A DNA stretch of 57,562 nt from Bacteroidales bacterium (GTDB lineage Bacteria > Bacteroidota > Bacteroidia > Bacteroidales > Dysgonomonadaceae), in contig JAAYGM010000042.1 of assembly GCA_012727735.1 (NCBI GenBank), positions 1-57,562 of the forward strand, written 5' to 3'. This document shows, in pieces, positions 31,200 to 43,640 of this stretch; the stretch's first letter is position 1, and every line of letters starts with the position of its first letter. The translations under genes were made by a program, and so were the position numbers. The notes under the pieces were generated by a model, which saw only the letters and a program-made list of their open reading frames with translations, did no database searches and was not told where the DNA came from.

Positions 31200-31922
31200 T
31201 CATCGGTTGATATAGTAACGTAATCCTAAAGATAAATGAATGCTGGATGCATTATACCTTGAATTCTTGTCCAGCTTTTGCTCCTGCGAACTGATTCCGT
31301 CGGTAATAGTGATTTGATCGAAGTAACCCAAGAATGAACCGAGAACAACACCTATTCCCAGTCGGGGATGAAATCGGTAATCCGCTCCGATATCAGCATT
31401 CATGGCGAAATTACTGCCAGTAATAAGCCTGTTCTGCCCCAGCATGGATAGCTCACTGCGCAGCCAGGCATATCCTGCACTCAGCGACGAAGTCAGATAC
31501 AGATTTTGATTGTTTCCAACCGCGGAAAAAGTGCCGATTGAGAGACCCGTAAAATGAATATAATCTTCTTCTCCCATATCGGTAACAATATAATGAATGC
31601 CGTCGTAAGGATCCATCACTATTTCTGAGGCTTCACCCGATGTATTCTGAAAAATATATTTCACACCGACTCCGAACCCCACTTTCAGGAGATAATGGAT
31701 ATCCGCATTAAGATGGGTAGCCCGGCGAAGGTCATTATTGAGTTTATCGACCTTTTCCATACTGACAACTCCCCCGATAGTCTCCTGACCTTCGGCAAAC
31801 AGATATCCCACTCCTCCAGAAGCAGAAATGCGAAGCCGCGGTACGGTCAGCTCTGACTGTGCTGACAGGGAAAAGAGTGATCCTGCAAGCAGGATAGCGA
31901 TGAGAGACAGTTTTAGTTTCAT
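31200..31922 (-). CDS. Small outer membrane beta-barrel protein
   Basis: Signal peptide; alternating-pattern strands (GFGVGVKY, IGADYRF, IHLSLGLRYY near the C-terminus). Confidence 0.75.
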   Translation of the reverse strand: MKLKLSLIAILLAGSLFSLSAQSELTVPRLRISASGGVGYLFAEGQETIGGVVSMEKVDKLNNDLRRATHLNADIHYLLKVGFGVGVKYIFQNTSGEASEIVMDPYDGIHYIVTDMGEEDYIHFTGLSIGTFSAVGNNQNLYLTSSLSAGYAWLRSELSMLGQNRLITGSNFAMNADIGADYRFHPRLGIGVVLGSFLGYFDQITITDGISSQEQKLDKNSRYNASSIHLSLGLRYYINR

Positions 31923-32008
31923 GTATCGGATGGTATTACAATAGTAAATGCTGCTTTGAAAGGGCCGGATAATCTAATATAGGGTCGGTTGATGCAACAC
32001 CGGAAAAT

Positions 32009-33094
32009 TTATAAATTGGTATCTTTCATCCTTTCCGCATTCTCGCTCACCATGAGCTGATCAACTACTCCCTGGATATCGCCATCCATAAATCCAGAGA
32101 GATTATAGATGGTGTATCCGATACGGTGATCGGTGATCCGTCCCTGGGGATAGTTGTATGTGCGTATCTTGGCTGACCGGTCGCCGGTGGAGACCATGGT
32201 TTTACGGCGTGATGCAATATCACCCTGTCGTTTGGAGAGCTCAATATCATACAATTTAGTGCGGAGTATCTGCATGGCAATCTCTCTGTTCTGTAACTGC
32301 GAACGGGCCTGCTGACAGACAACAACCATACCTGACGGTCTGTGTGTGAGCTGCACCTTGGTCTCTACCTTGTTCACATTTTGTCCCCCGGCACCACTGG
32401 AGCGGGCAGTATGAAAATCAATATCCGCCGGGTTGAGCTCAAAATCAAACTCTTCGGCCTCTGGCAGCACAGCCACCGTAGCCGCTGATGTATGCACACG
32501 TCCCTGTGTCTCGGTCTGGGGTACACGCTGCACCCTGTGCACACCCGATTCATATTTCAGTGTTCCGTACACATCGGTGCCTGTGACAGTAAAGATAATC
32601 TCCTTGAATCCGCCTGCTGTCCCCTCTGTTATGCTGGTCACCTCGGTTTTCCACCCTTTGTTCTCGCAGTATCTTGTATACATCTTGTAGAGATCGCCGG
32701 CGAAAATAGAGGCTTCATCTCCACCTGTTCCGGCACGGATCTCCATGATCACATTCTTTGCATCTTCGGGATCAGCAGGGATCAGCATCAGTTTGATCTT
32801 CTCCTCGAGTGCCGGAATTTTTTCACTGTTGGCCGAAAGCTCTTCATTGGCAAGCTGTCTGAGATCAGCATCTGACTCATTCTCCAGAATATTTTTTGCT
32901 TCTGCCGTGCTATCGAGCGTCGCCTTATACTCGTTTCGCGCCTCCACAATTTTTTGCAGGTCACTGTACTCTTTGTTCAGTTTTACATATCTTTTCATGT
33001 CCGAACTCACCTCCGGATCGGTGATCAGTGTAGCCACCTCCTCAAAGCGGGTGACGAGATGTTGCAATTTAAAAAGTAATGAGTTGTCTGACAT
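32009..33094 (-). CDS. prfA: Peptide chain release factor 1
   Basis: [25 protein letters not shown] (PxT motif of RF1), [17 protein letters not shown]. Start placed at MSDNS. Confidence 0.97.
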   Translation of the reverse strand: MSDNSLLFKLQHLVTRFEEVATLITDPEVSSDMKRYVKLNKEYSDLQKIVEARNEYKATLDSTAEAKNILENESDADLRQLANEELSANSEKIPALEEKIKLMLIPADPEDAKNVIMEIRAGTGGDEASIFAGDLYKMYTRYCENKGWKTEVTSITEGTAGGFKEIIFTVTGTDVYGTLKYESGVHRVQRVPQTETQGRVHTSAATVAVLPEAEEFDFELNPADIDFHTARSSGAGGQNVNKVETKVQLTHRPSGMVVVCQQARSQLQNREIAMQILRTKLYDIELSKRQGDIASRRKTMVSTGDRSAKIRTYNYPQGRITDHRIGYTIYNLSGFMDGDIQGVVDQLMVSENAERMKDTNL

Positions 33095-33095
33095 A

Positions 33096-34268
33096 TTATG
33101 AATAATAGAAGCGTCCCTGTTCACTCTCGATCAGCAGCTCGCGCTGATCTGATTTCTCCACGTGGCCTACGATCTGTGCATCGATATGAAATGATCCGGC
33201 AATCTCTATTACCCGTTCAGCACATGCTTCAGGGAGATAGAGTTCCATCCGGTGTCCCATATTGAACACTTTGTACATCTCACTCCAGTCGGTGCCGGAT
33301 TGTTTTTGAATAAGGGCAAAGAGGGGAGGGAGAGGAAACAGATTGTCCTTAACAACCCTGAGGCCATCTCCCAGGAAATGGAGTATCTTTGTCTGTGCAC
33401 CGCCTGAACAATGAATCATACCATGGATATTGCCATTTATCTCATTGATTATCTGTGATATAACCGGGGCATAAGTGCGGGTGGGGGATAGCACCAGTTT
33501 ACCGGCATCAATACCCAGATCCTCAATCATTTCCGTCAGTTTCATCCCACCTGAATAGACAAGATCGGCAGGAATGGAAGCATCGAAACTTTCGGGATAT
33601 TTTTGCGCAAGATAATTGGCAAACAGATCATGCCGGGCCGATGTCAACCCGTTGCTGCCCATGCCTCCGTTGTATTCTTTCTCGTAAGTAGCCTGTCCCG
33701 TGGATGAGAGACCTACAATCAGATCTCCTGCCTGAATGGCTGCATTGTCAATCACGTCAGTGCGTCTCATACGGCACGTAACCGTACTATCAACAATAAT
33801 GGTCCGCACCAGATCACCCACATCGGCTGTTTCTCCTCCTGTGGGATAGATATGTACACCCATCGAGGAGAGCTCCTCACACAGTTCGTTCGTACCGTTA
33901 ATGATGGCTGAGATCACCTCACCGGGTATCAGGTTCTTATTCCGTCCGATGGTAGATGAGAGTAGTATGTTATCCGTGGCGCCCACACAGAGCAGATCAT
34001 CAATGTTCATGATCAGCGCATCCTGAGCAATTCCTTTCCAAACGGAGATATCACCGGTTTCACGCCAGTAGATATAGGCCAGGGATGATTTTGTGCCGGC
34101 ACCATCGGCATGCATGATGTTACAGTATTCCGGATTATTCCCGAGATAGTCGGGTACAATCTTGCAGAATGCTTTCGGGTATATGCCTTTGTCAATCTCT
34201 TTGATGGCTTTGTGTACATCTTCTTTCGATGCCGAAACCCCGCGCTGATTGTATCGTTGATTGCTCAT
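33096..34268 (-). CDS. purM: Phosphoribosylformylglycinamidine cyclo-ligase (AIR synthase), Bacteroidota type
   Basis: [42 protein letters not shown]. Confidence 0.92.
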   Translation of the reverse strand: MSNQRYNQRGVSASKEDVHKAIKEIDKGIYPKAFCKIVPDYLGNNPEYCNIMHADGAGTKSSLAYIYWRETGDISVWKGIAQDALIMNIDDLLCVGATDNILLSSTIGRNKNLIPGEVISAIINGTNELCEELSSMGVHIYPTGGETADVGDLVRTIIVDSTVTCRMRRTDVIDNAAIQAGDLIVGLSSTGQATYEKEYNGGMGSNGLTSARHDLFANYLAQKYPESFDASIPADLVYSGGMKLTEMIEDLGIDAGKLVLSPTRTYAPVISQIINEINGNIHGMIHCSGGAQTKILHFLGDGLRVVKDNLFPLPPLFALIQKQSGTDWSEMYKVFNMGHRMELYLPEACAERVIEIAGSFHIDAQIVGHVEKSDQRELLIESEQGRFYYS

Positions 34269-34506
34269 CTGTCGATTTATTCTTCAATGTACGCAAATTG
34301 CGTCGCAATTGATATGGTTTTTGCAGTTGTTATTTATTGCAAAGATAATAAATATAACCGGTTGTTCATAGGCGTTAAACCCAAATTATGCAGTTTCATA
34401 AAATAGTCTTTTCTTTCCTATAATGACTATTATGTATAATAGATCTAATGAAAAAGCATCAATGCGAAGAATGAAACACTCCAGCCTCATCGTCAAATGT
34501 GGTGAT

Positions 34507-34540
34507 AAAAAAAGGTGAAACCCTTTCAGGTCTCACCTTT
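34507..34540 (-). terminator. Intrinsic terminator after the gyrA-TPR operon
   Basis: AAAGGTGA...TCACCTTT stem preceded by an A-run (T-run on the minus strand). Confidence 0.75.
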
Positions 34541-34559
34541 CAATTGAAGTTATTATTGA

Positions 34560-35840
34560 TCAGAGGTTCAACTGTTTCTCAACCATTTCAAGCTCTGCTG
34601 ATTTATCCACTCCCATCGCACTCAGGTTGTAATAAACATTTCTCAGTTTGAGAAGTGCAGATTCAATATCATGTTCCGGAGCGTTACGTTCTTTAAGCAG
34701 TTCGGTGAACTTCTCCAATGAAGGCAAAGATTTCAGATAGTATTCAACAGTAATTTTATCATTCTCAAATTGTTGCTGTCTGTCGGTCAACATTGCTGTT
34801 TTCTCCTTAAGATTTTGTGCCTGAAGAATATAGTTCACTGCGATCGCTTCCAATGCTCTTTCGCAATTAGGATCCTGTGCCAGTGCTTTGTTATACTCTT
34901 TTTCCGCTTCGACAAAATCACCCTGTTCAGCAAGTAATGCACCTTTCACGCTGTTAAGGTCGCATGCGTTGGATGGATCATTCTGAAGAGCCTGTTCCAA
35001 GTATTCTATTGCCTTATCTGTTTCACCCTGACGGATAAATACGTTTACCAGATTAGGGATAAAATATTTGCTGCTAGGGAATCTTTCAGCTCCTTCGTAG
35101 AGTATTTCCAGAAATTTGGCAGAGTCTCCCAGGTTGATATATTCGCTGCCCATCAATTCATAGATATCACTCTCCTTATAGGCGCTGTTCTCGATGAAAG
35201 GCTCTTTGGATGCACGTTTCAACATAGCCAGAGCTCTCTCATGGTCTTCACCCTGTATAGCGGTAATAATCGCGTAATACTTGATCGTCTGGTAGGTGCT
35301 GTCCAGGACAAAAGCATCCTTCTGATCTTCAAACATCGGCAAGGATGGGATATCCCAATATATCTGGAAGAAATCGGTTGCTTTCTTATAATTTTTTTGA
35401 TCGTTAAAATGGACACCACCATTGATGTAAAAAGGATGGTTTGCACGAAGTATTCCTACAATATCTTTACGGAATTTGTTTCTTACTCTTCCTTTATTAT
35501 CCGGCAACTGACCAAGAGAATCGGCTTTCAAATAAGGCATGTATGATTCCAGCAGTCCGTCATACATTGCATTGTTATTGGATTCTTTGCCTAACATGGC
35601 ATTGGTTCTTTCCAGGTCGAACGCTTTATTACCAACATCTCCCATGATTTTCCAAGTCTCCGGGTCACCGGCTGTCTCCTCATGTGCGGATGCTTGTTGA
35701 ATCATCGTTCTGGCTTCTTTTAGTTCATCTCTGCCCAATGCTCTCTTGGCTTCTTTCAGTGCGGATTTTTGCGCGAAAACAGATCCGACGGAAAAAAGGG
35801 CAATCATAGTAAGGAATAAGAGTTTTCTCATTTTATTCAT
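34560..35840 (-). CDS. Secreted tetratricopeptide repeat protein
   Basis: Signal peptide ending VFA-Q; TPR units AIEYLEQALQNDP and AEKEYNKALAQDP. Confidence 0.85.
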   Translation of the reverse strand: MNKMRKLLFLTMIALFSVGSVFAQKSALKEAKRALGRDELKEARTMIQQASAHEETAGDPETWKIMGDVGNKAFDLERTNAMLGKESNNNAMYDGLLESYMPYLKADSLGQLPDNKGRVRNKFRKDIVGILRANHPFYINGGVHFNDQKNYKKATDFFQIYWDIPSLPMFEDQKDAFVLDSTYQTIKYYAIITAIQGEDHERALAMLKRASKEPFIENSAYKESDIYELMGSEYINLGDSAKFLEILYEGAERFPSSKYFIPNLVNVFIRQGETDKAIEYLEQALQNDPSNACDLNSVKGALLAEQGDFVEAEKEYNKALAQDPNCERALEAIAVNYILQAQNLKEKTAMLTDRQQQFENDKITVEYYLKSLPSLEKFTELLKERNAPEHDIESALLKLRNVYYNLSAMGVDKSAELEMVEKQLNL

Positions 35841-35929
35841 TTTTTAATTGTGATTAAATTGATGTTATTTTCTAAATTTGTTTGCTTATATCTTTGACTG
35901 AATTATAGCAAAAAGTTTAAAATGGATTG

Positions 35930-38470
35930 TTACTCTTCACTGCCCCATTCATTCTGAACCTCGTTTATTTCTGCAGAAGTGCTTTGATCTTCAACAAAAT
36001 CATCCGTTGTGTTAACCTTGCAAACAGATGCAATCTCATCATTTCTTTTTTCTAGATTGATAAGGCGTACACCTTGTGTTGCTCGTCCCATCGTGCGAAT
36101 ATCGGAAATTTTTAAACGTATGGTAATGCCTGATTTGTTAATTATCATTAAATCGTTGTCGTCTGACACACTCTTGATTGCTACCAGCTTACCAGTCTTT
36201 TCTGTAACATTCAGTGTTTTAACCCCTTTGCCACCTCTGTTGGTGATACGGTAGACTGGCTCTCCATCCTCATCATCGAGGTGTGTCCTTTTACCATACC
36301 CCTGTTCAGATACGACCAGAATGGTGTTTTCTGAATGGGGATCCATGCAAATCATACCGATCACGCTATCTTCTCCATCGTCATCGAGTGTCATACCTCT
36401 TACACCTGTGGCTGTACGCCCCATGACGCGGACGGCATCTTCTTTGAACCGGATAGCACGACCGTTTCTGTTCGAGAGGATCACATGTTGGTTCCCGTCA
36501 GTCAGACGAACAGATATCACCTGATCATCATCTCTGATGGTGATTGCATTCACACCATTCTGTCTGGGACGGGAGTAGGCTTCTAGCAGTGTTTTCTTCA
36601 CAACACCCTGTTTGGTGGAGAAGAGAAGATAATGTGAGTTGATATAATCAGCATCTGTAAGCGTCTCTACACGGACAAAAGCGTTTACGGAATCATCCGG
36701 GTCAATATTGAGCAGGTTTTGTATGGCACGTCCCTTCGAATTTTTTGTTCCTTCCGGAATTTCAAACACACGCAACCAGTAACATTTACCCTTCTGTGTG
36801 AAGAAGAGCATGTAATTGTGCGTGGTGGCAGGATAGATATACTCAACAAAGTCTTCTTCCCTCGTGTCTGAACCTTTGGCACCAACGCCTCCCCTGTTCT
36901 GTGTGTGGAACTCTGCCAATGGTGTACGCTTGATATATCCAAAGTGTGAGATGGTGATCACCATCTCATCATTGGCGTAGAAATCTTCTGGATTCATCTC
37001 TTCCGAAGAAAAGATAATTTCTGAACGACGTTCATCACCATATTTCTCACGAATTTCTATCAGCTCATCCTTGATCACCGTCATTCGAAGTTCTTCATTT
37101 TCAAGAATCTCGTTCAGGTGGGTGATTAGTTTCTGTATCTCTTCAAACTCAGCATGCAGCTTATCCTGCTCCAGTCCGGTGAGTTGTCTCAATCGCATCT
37201 CTACAATGGCGCGCGACTGAATATCACTCAGTCCGAAACGCTCCATCAATCGTTGAATAGCCTCTGGAGGTGTGGACGAACCCCGAATGATTGCAATCAC
37301 TTCATCGATGTTATCGGAAGCAATAATCAGCCCTTCCAGGATGTGTGCCCGCTCCTGTGCCTTACGTAACTCATACCTTGTACGTCTGATCACCACATCC
37401 TGCCGGTGTTCCACAAAGAGTTCGATCATACGTTTGAGGGTCAGCAACTCGGGACGTCCTTTCACCAGTGCAATATTGTTCACACTGAATGATGATTGTA
37501 GTGCGGTCAGTTTGTACAACTTATTGAGCACCACGTTCGCGTTGCCGTCGCGTTTGATATCGACCACGATACGCATGCCATCTCTGTCTGACTCATCATT
37601 GATATTGGATATCCCATCAATCTTTTTATCTGATACCAGATCGGCAATATGTTTGATCATATCGGCCTTATTGACCATGTAGGGTATCTCTGAAATGATG
37701 ATCTTGTCGTGTGTCTTACCCGATTCAATCTCAGCTCTGCCGCGCATTACAATGCGTCCCCTACCTGTCTCGAATGCCTCTTCAACACCTTTGTAGCCGT
37801 AGATAAAGGAACCGGTAGGAAAATCGGGTGCTTTGATGTACTGCATCAATCCTTTCACATCGATCTCCCTGTCGTCGATGTAGGCAATAATCCCGTTGAT
37901 ACACTCTGTCAGATTGTGGGGTGCAATATTGGTTGCCATACCCACTGCAATACCGGACGAACCGTTCATCAGCAGATTGGGAATCCGTGTTGGAAGGACT
38001 GTAGGCTCCTGCAGGGTATCATCGAAATTCAACTGCAGATCGACTGTCTCCTTGTCGATATCACGAAGCATCTCCTCGGCCAGCTTGTTCAATCTTGCCT
38101 CGGTGTATCGCATGGCAGCCGGACTGTCTCCATCCACACTACCCATGTTTCCCTGTCCGTCGACAAGGGTGTAGCGCATGCTCCAGTGCTGCGCCAGACG
38201 CACCATGGCATTGTATACTGATGAATCACCGTGAGGGTGGTACTTACCTAGAACCTCTCCGACGATTCTCGCAGATTTCTTATGGGGTTTATCGGGTGTG
38301 TTTCCAAGTTCTGACATCCCGAAAAGGATACGTCTGTGAACCGGCTTAAACCCGTCACGTACATCCGGCAGCGCACGGGAAACGATCACTGACATCGAAT
38401 AATCGATGTATGACGATTTCATTTCATCTTCGATATTTATCTTGATGATTCTGTCTTCCTGATCAATCAT
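35930..38470 (-). CDS. gyrA: DNA gyrase subunit A
   Basis: [31 protein letters not shown] (catalytic Tyr), GyrA-box QNRGGVG, C-terminal pinwheel repeats. Confidence 0.98.
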   Translation of the reverse strand: MIDQEDRIIKINIEDEMKSSYIDYSMSVIVSRALPDVRDGFKPVHRRILFGMSELGNTPDKPHKKSARIVGEVLGKYHPHGDSSVYNAMVRLAQHWSMRYTLVDGQGNMGSVDGDSPAAMRYTEARLNKLAEEMLRDIDKETVDLQLNFDDTLQEPTVLPTRIPNLLMNGSSGIAVGMATNIAPHNLTECINGIIAYIDDREIDVKGLMQYIKAPDFPTGSFIYGYKGVEEAFETGRGRIVMRGRAEIESGKTHDKIIISEIPYMVNKADMIKHIADLVSDKKIDGISNINDESDRDGMRIVVDIKRDGNANVVLNKLYKLTALQSSFSVNNIALVKGRPELLTLKRMIELFVEHRQDVVIRRTRYELRKAQERAHILEGLIIASDNIDEVIAIIRGSSTPPEAIQRLMERFGLSDIQSRAIVEMRLRQLTGLEQDKLHAEFEEIQKLITHLNEILENEELRMTVIKDELIEIREKYGDERRSEIIFSSEEMNPEDFYANDEMVITISHFGYIKRTPLAEFHTQNRGGVGAKGSDTREEDFVEYIYPATTHNYMLFFTQKGKCYWLRVFEIPEGTKNSKGRAIQNLLNIDPDDSVNAFVRVETLTDADYINSHYLLFSTKQGVVKKTLLEAYSRPRQNGVNAITIRDDDQVISVRLTDGNQHVILSNRNGRAIRFKEDAVRVMGRTATGVRGMTLDDDGEDSVIGMICMDPHSENTILVVSEQGYGKRTHLDDEDGEPVYRITNRGGKGVKTLNVTEKTGKLVAIKSVSDDNDLMIINKSGITIRLKISDIRTMGRATQGVRLINLEKRNDEIASVCKVNTTDDFVEDQSTSAEINEVQNEWGSEE

Positions 38471-38591
38471 ATTAAAAAGTGATTTATCTCTTCAAATATA
38501 TATATGTATGTAGCTTATTAACAGTCAAATAACCCTTTACAGTAAGTTCCATTTTGACTAGACTAAGATACTGCTTTTCTTTGGATTTAAC

Positions 38592-38621
38592 AAAAAAAAC
38601 AGGGAGATAATTTCTCCCTGT
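38592..38621 (-). terminator. Intrinsic terminator after secA
   Basis: ACAGGGAGA-loop-TCTCCCTGT followed by a T-run on the minus strand. Confidence 0.85.
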
Positions 38622-38642
38622 CTGATTGATTTTAACTTCTTC

Positions 38643-41600
38643 CTATTTTCCGTGACAGTTTTTGAACTTTTTGCCACTCCCGCAGGGACAAGGGTCATTT
38701 CTTCCCACCTTCTTTTCCACACGGATTGGTTCGAGCTTTTGCTGAGGGCGTGGTGCCTGTGGGCCTTCCTTCGCTCCACCCGCAGGAGGTAGTGAGCCTG
38801 TATCCTCTTTCTGTGTGCGGTACTTGCTGTAATCGGTTTTCTGTTCAGGTGCTGCCTGGCGCACACTATCCGGATCCTGCACAGGTATCTGTCCGCGCAT
38901 GAGTATGGAGACCGCCTTGGAATTGATGTCGTTCACCATCGTTTTAAAGAGACTGAACGATTCAAGTTTGTAGATCAACAATGGATCTTTCTGTTCATAG
39001 CTTGCGTTTTGTACGGAGTGACGCAGTTCATCCATCTCTCGGAGATGCTCTTTCCAGTCTTCATCGATGGTGAGGAGGATAATTGATTTTTCGAATGCTT
39101 TCACTAATGCTTTCGATCCCGATTCGTACGCCTCCCTGAGGTTGCAGGCAATGTTATAGACTCTTTTTCCGTCGGTGATGGGAATAAGAATGTTTTCATA
39201 CATCGCTCCCTGGTTCTCATAAACCTGTTTGATCACCGGCTGGGCGACCTCGGCAAGTCGTTCTGTTTTACGCTTGAAGGTCTCAAATGCTTTTCCGGTA
39301 ACAACATCTACTTGCTCCTCCTCTCTCATACCCTTCATCTCTTCCGCTTTGAAAGGTACCTCGAACGCCATGGTGCGAAGAAGATCAATCTGCAGGTTTC
39401 CGTAATCATCCTCATTCTGTTCCACAATATTTCGTGCGGTATCAGAGATCATACTGGCTACATCATTGTCGATCCGCTCTCCCATCAATGCGTGGCGGCG
39501 CCTCTTATAAATGACCTCACGCTGTGAGTTCATCACATCATCATACTCCAGCAAGCGCTTACGTATACCGAAGTTGTTTTCTTCCACTTTCTTCTGAGCA
39601 CGCTCTACCGACTTGCTCAGCATGCTGTGTTCCAACACATCGCCCTCATTAAATCCCATCTTGTCCATCAGTCCGGCAATTCTTTCGGTGGCGAAGAGGC
39701 GCATCAGATCATCTTCCAGAGATACGAAAAAGACAGATGATCCCGGGTCACCCTGACGACCTGCACGACCCCGCAGCTGACGGTCCACACGACGTGACTC
39801 GTGCCGTTCGGTACCGATGATGGCGAGACCACCTGCGCCCTTCACGGTTGCTGACAGTTTAATATCCGTACCACGACCTGCCATATTGGTTGCAATAGTC
39901 ACCACCCCACTCTGTCCCGCGTTGGCCACAATCTCCGCTTCACGCTGGTGCAGCTTCGCATTCAGCACATAATGTTCAATTTTACGAAGGGTAAGCATAC
40001 GACTCAATAACTCGGAGATCTCTACTGAGGTGGTACCTACCAGTACTGGTCGTCCTACCTTAATCAGTCTTTCTATCTCTTCAATTACCGCTGTATATTT
40101 CTCACGCTTGGTCTTATATATGCGGTCATTTTGGTCGTCACGTACGATAGGCCTGTTGGTCGGAATAACCACCACATCCAGCTTATAGATATCCCAGAAC
40201 TCACCCGCTTCTGTTTCAGCCGTACCGGTCATACCGGCAAGCTTACTGTACATCCTGAAAAAGTTCTGCAGGGTGATGGTCGCAAAAGTCTGCGTGGCCG
40301 CCTCTACCTTCACATGCTCTTTGGCTTCAATCGCCTGATGCAAGCCGTCGGAGTAACGGCGTCCTTCCATCACACGGCCGGTCTGTTCATCCACGATCTT
40401 CACCTTGTTATCGATTACCACATACTCATCATCTTTTTCAAATAATGTGTATGCTTTCAGCAATTGGTTCACGGTGTGTACACGCTCAGATTTAATCGCG
40501 TAGTTCTGAAATAGCTCATCTTTATGTGCCGTTTTATCTACATCTGAAAGAGATGAGTTCTCCAATTCAGAGAGTTGAGAAGCGATGTCGGGCAGAATAA
40601 AAAACTGTGGGTCATCCGACTTCCCGGTAAGCATGTCAATCCCTTTGTCTGTCAGCTCAATACTGTGCATCTTTTCTTCAATGACAAAATAGAGCGGATC
40701 TGTCGCAATATGCATGTTACGCATCTGCTCCTGCATATAGAACGCTTCGGTTTTAAGCATCGCCGCTTTCACACCCTGCTCACTGAGGTATTTGATAAGC
40801 GGTTTATTTTTTGGCATCGCCTTGTATGAACGGAAAAGCTGCAAGGCACCCTCTTCCTGCTCTTTCGGGTCGGATGATGCCATCTTCTGTTTCGCCTCCG
40901 CAAGCAGACGAGTAGCCAGGTCACGCTGCGCTTTCACGATCACTTCGACACGCGGTCGCAACAGATCATACAGCTGGTCATCACCTTTAGGTACCGGTCC
41001 CGAGATAATCAGCGGTGTACGTGCATCATCAATCAACACCGAGTCCACCTCATCCACAATGGCGTAATTGTGCTTTCGCTGCACGAGGTCCTTAGGTGAA
41101 ACGGCCATGTTATCACGCAGGTAGTCAAAACCAAACTCGTTGTTGGTGCCAAAGGTGATGTCCGACTCATAGGCTTTGCGTCGTGCGTCGGAGTTGGGTT
41201 CATGCTTGTCGATACAGTCTACCGATAAACCATGAAACATGTACATCGGCCCCATCCATTCCGAGTCGCGTTTCGACAGGTAGTCGTTCACTGTTACCAG
41301 ATGTACACCCTGATGAGTGAGAGCGTTCAGGAACACAGGCAGTGTGGCCACTAGTGTCTTTCCTTCACCCGTTGCCATCTCGGCAATTTTACCCTGGTGC
41401 AGCACCACACCACCAAACAACTGCACATCGTAATGAATCATATCCCAGGTGATCTCATTGCCCCCTGCATTCCAGTGATTCTGGTAGATGGCTTTATCTC
41501 CCTCAATACGCACAAAGTCATGCGAAGCAGCCAGATCACGATCGAAATCTGTGGCAGTGACCACAATCTCACTGTTCTCCGTAAAACGACGTGCTGTATC

Positions 41601-41945
41601 CTTCATGATAGAGAATGCTTCAGGAAGCACCTCGTCCAGCACTTGATTATATTTCTCCGTAATCTCCTTCTCCAGCTTATCTACCTGATTCCATATGGCT
41701 TCACGCTCATCTAGATCTATCTGTTCCATTCCTTCTTTCAGTGATTCTATCCGGGCTTTCTCCTCTGCCACATAATCCTGAATGCGCTTTTCAAGTTCTT
41801 TTGTTTTATTGCGAAGCTCATCATTCGAGAGTTTCACAATGTCGGCATAGGCCTCTTTCACTTTTTTTACGACCGGATTAACCTCGTTCAGGTCGCGTTG
41901 TGCCTTGCTGCCAAACAGTTTTGATATAATATCGTTGAGTCCCAT
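38643..41945 (-). CDS. secA: Preprotein translocase ATPase SecA
   Basis: [58 protein letters not shown] motif [13 protein letters not shown]. Confidence 0.98.
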   Translation of the reverse strand: MGLNDIISKLFGSKAQRDLNEVNPVVKKVKEAYADIVKLSNDELRNKTKELEKRIQDYVAEEKARIESLKEGMEQIDLDEREAIWNQVDKLEKEITEKYNQVLDEVLPEAFSIMKDTARRFTENSEIVVTATDFDRDLAASHDFVRIEGDKAIYQNHWNAGGNEITWDMIHYDVQLFGGVVLHQGKIAEMATGEGKTLVATLPVFLNALTHQGVHLVTVNDYLSKRDSEWMGPMYMFHGLSVDCIDKHEPNSDARRKAYESDITFGTNNEFGFDYLRDNMAVSPKDLVQRKHNYAIVDEVDSVLIDDARTPLIISGPVPKGDDQLYDLLRPRVEVIVKAQRDLATRLLAEAKQKMASSDPKEQEEGALQLFRSYKAMPKNKPLIKYLSEQGVKAAMLKTEAFYMQEQMRNMHIATDPLYFVIEEKMHSIELTDKGIDMLTGKSDDPQFFILPDIASQLSELENSSLSDVDKTAHKDELFQNYAIKSERVHTVNQLLKAYTLFEKDDEYVVIDNKVKIVDEQTGRVMEGRRYSDGLHQAIEAKEHVKVEAATQTFATITLQNFFRMYSKLAGMTGTAETEAGEFWDIYKLDVVVIPTNRPIVRDDQNDRIYKTKREKYTAVIEEIERLIKVGRPVLVGTTSVEISELLSRMLTLRKIEHYVLNAKLHQREAEIVANAGQSGVVTIATNMAGRGTDIKLSATVKGAGGLAIIGTERHESRRVDRQLRGRAGRQGDPGSSVFFVSLEDDLMRLFATERIAGLMDKMGFNEGDVLEHSMLSKSVERAQKKVEENNFGIRKRLLEYDDVMNSQREVIYKRRRHALMGERIDNDVASMISDTARNIVEQNEDDYGNLQIDLLRTMAFEVPFKAEEMKGMREEEQVDVVTGKAFETFKRKTERLAEVAQPVIKQVYENQGAMYENILIPITDGKRVYNIACNLREAYESGSKALVKAFEKSIILLTIDEDWKEHLREMDELRHSVQNASYEQKDPLLIYKLESFSLFKTMVNDINSKAVSILMRGQIPVQDPDSVRQAAPEQKTDYSKYRTQKEDTGSLPPAGGAKEGPQAPRPQQKLEPIRVEKKVGRNDPCPCGSGKKFKNCHGK

Positions 41946-42031
41946 AGTTTTTTGTTGCGAGTTGTGCCGGCGATTGGTTCAATTCTCCTGCCTGCCGATC
42001 CCCGGTTATTATTTTATCAGTTTACTAAAAA

Positions 42032-43615
42032 TTAATAGAGTTCTTTCAGAATTTCCCCTTGTGCAGCGTTGGGTGCACGTATACGCAAACGGTATGAGAC
42101 ACTGGGTGCGATCTCTGTCGCCTCGATGGTGCGGTTTATTCTCTGCGGTTTGATGTCACTCCCGAAAAAGATGACCGGTGAGATGACAGCATTGTTGCGT
42201 ACCCTCTGGTGTTCTGATGATTGAGGGTCAACCACCCGCCATCCCGGTTGCAGCTCGAGAAACAAATCGCCTGTAATACCTTTGTAGTAGCCGTTGCGGT
42301 AAAACTGAACGTTTTCATTGTAGGCACCATGTAACATCTGGTGAGATGTGATCACATCCTGTATGCCTGCCGATTGTACCAGAAATTCAGCCGCATCCTG
42401 CTGGAAACGGGCAACATCTATCTTCTTGTCTTCCAGCAATTTCTTATCGAAAAAGAACTGACGGTTGTAATATTTTTTTATCCATTGCTCCCTGCCGTAG
42501 AGTGCCATAAGATACATATTGAGCAGTGCTTGGCTCCTGTCAGGGTGAAAATCACCTCCGGAAGTAATCATACCCTCAGGAAGAACCTCCTGTTCGTCGA
42601 AGTAACCGGTAGAGACGACAAAAATAAGCGTATTCTTGAGCCCTACTGATGATTCAATTGCATCCAGCAAACGTCCCAGCTCCTGATCGAGACGATAGTA
42701 GGTATCCTGAATCTCAATCGAGTAATTTTTATCGAGTGCTTTTTCGTAGTTGCCCGCGTAAAAGGTGACTGCCAGGTAATCAGGATTCATCCTCTTTCCC
42801 AAAGAGCTTGATTCAAGCACTTTAATCGCAATATCATTCACCTCCTTGTTCACATAGGGTGATTGCTTGAACAGGTAGATATTGTCTTTTTTATTCACAC
42901 CAAAATAGTGCTGAAATTTGTCTCTGTTCCTCGTATAGGGAAAGGCATTGTATCGTTCTATGCCGATCGCAGGACGCCATGTGATGCTGCCAATGGTGTA
43001 GCTGAGTGACTCCATGCTGCGGTTCTGCTGATCAACCGTCGGTTGTTTGTTTCTGTAGAACGTGGTTGTTGCCCATTTGCCGGTATAGTCCTCAATCCAA
43101 TAGGCACCACTGGCTGCATGGCCGCCGGAGACAAGTGCTTGCGACGCATCGGGGGCAAAAGCAAAGATATCTGATTGTCCCCCTGAAGCAATCTTCAGTT
43201 CATCTGCAATGGTGGATACTCTTAAGGGGAGTGGAGAGAGTTTGGTGTTGGTGAAATTACCCATGTATTTATTGTCGGTAAAAGAGGATATTTCACTGTC
43301 CGACCCGACAACATATCTTTTATCTGCAGTAATTCCGTGATATGAAGGATTGGCACCGGTGTAGATGGTGGCAATGGTGGAGGCTTTATCGAGATTGGGG
43401 AAGTTATATGTCACATTACTGTAGACGAGACCATTGTTCAACAGTCTGTTAAAACCCTTGTTGCCAAACGTATGCCTAAACATCTCCAGGTAATCACCTC
43501 GCAGCTGGTCGATAGTGATACCTATAACCAGTTTGGGTACTTCTCCTGAAGGACTCTGTGCACAGAGCACAGTGATTGAAAAGAATGCAACTAAAGAAGA
43601 AAGAATTTTGATCAT
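42032..43615 (-). CDS. PafA-type alkaline phosphatase superfamily protein, probably catalytically inactive
   Basis: Signal peptide; PKLVIGITIDQLRGDYL, IYTG.NP..HGI, GGH, EIQDTYYRLDQELG, EIAPS. The nucleophile and most metal ligands appear substituted (see findings). Confidence 0.85.
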   Translation of the reverse strand: MIKILSSLVAFFSITVLCAQSPSGEVPKLVIGITIDQLRGDYLEMFRHTFGNKGFNRLLNNGLVYSNVTYNFPNLDKASTIATIYTGANPSYHGITADKRYVVGSDSEISSFTDNKYMGNFTNTKLSPLPLRVSTIADELKIASGGQSDIFAFAPDASQALVSGGHAASGAYWIEDYTGKWATTTFYRNKQPTVDQQNRSMESLSYTIGSITWRPAIGIERYNAFPYTRNRDKFQHYFGVNKKDNIYLFKQSPYVNKEVNDIAIKVLESSSLGKRMNPDYLAVTFYAGNYEKALDKNYSIEIQDTYYRLDQELGRLLDAIESSVGLKNTLIFVVSTGYFDEQEVLPEGMITSGGDFHPDRSQALLNMYLMALYGREQWIKKYYNRQFFFDKKLLEDKKIDVARFQQDAAEFLVQSAGIQDVITSHQMLHGAYNENVQFYRNGYYKGITGDLFLELQPGWRVVDPQSSEHQRVRNNAVISPVIFFGSDIKPQRINRTIEATEIAPSVSYRLRIRAPNAAQGEILKELY

Positions 43616-43640
43616 GCGTTTGTAACTCTCATTTTCCGAT

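Noticed and set aside
33094-33124. Apparent gene overlaps from long ORF-track starts (prfA/purM, tolC/tetR, folK/queA, DUF4831/pheS)
   Set aside because: They disappear when the downstream Met that matches the family N-terminus is used.
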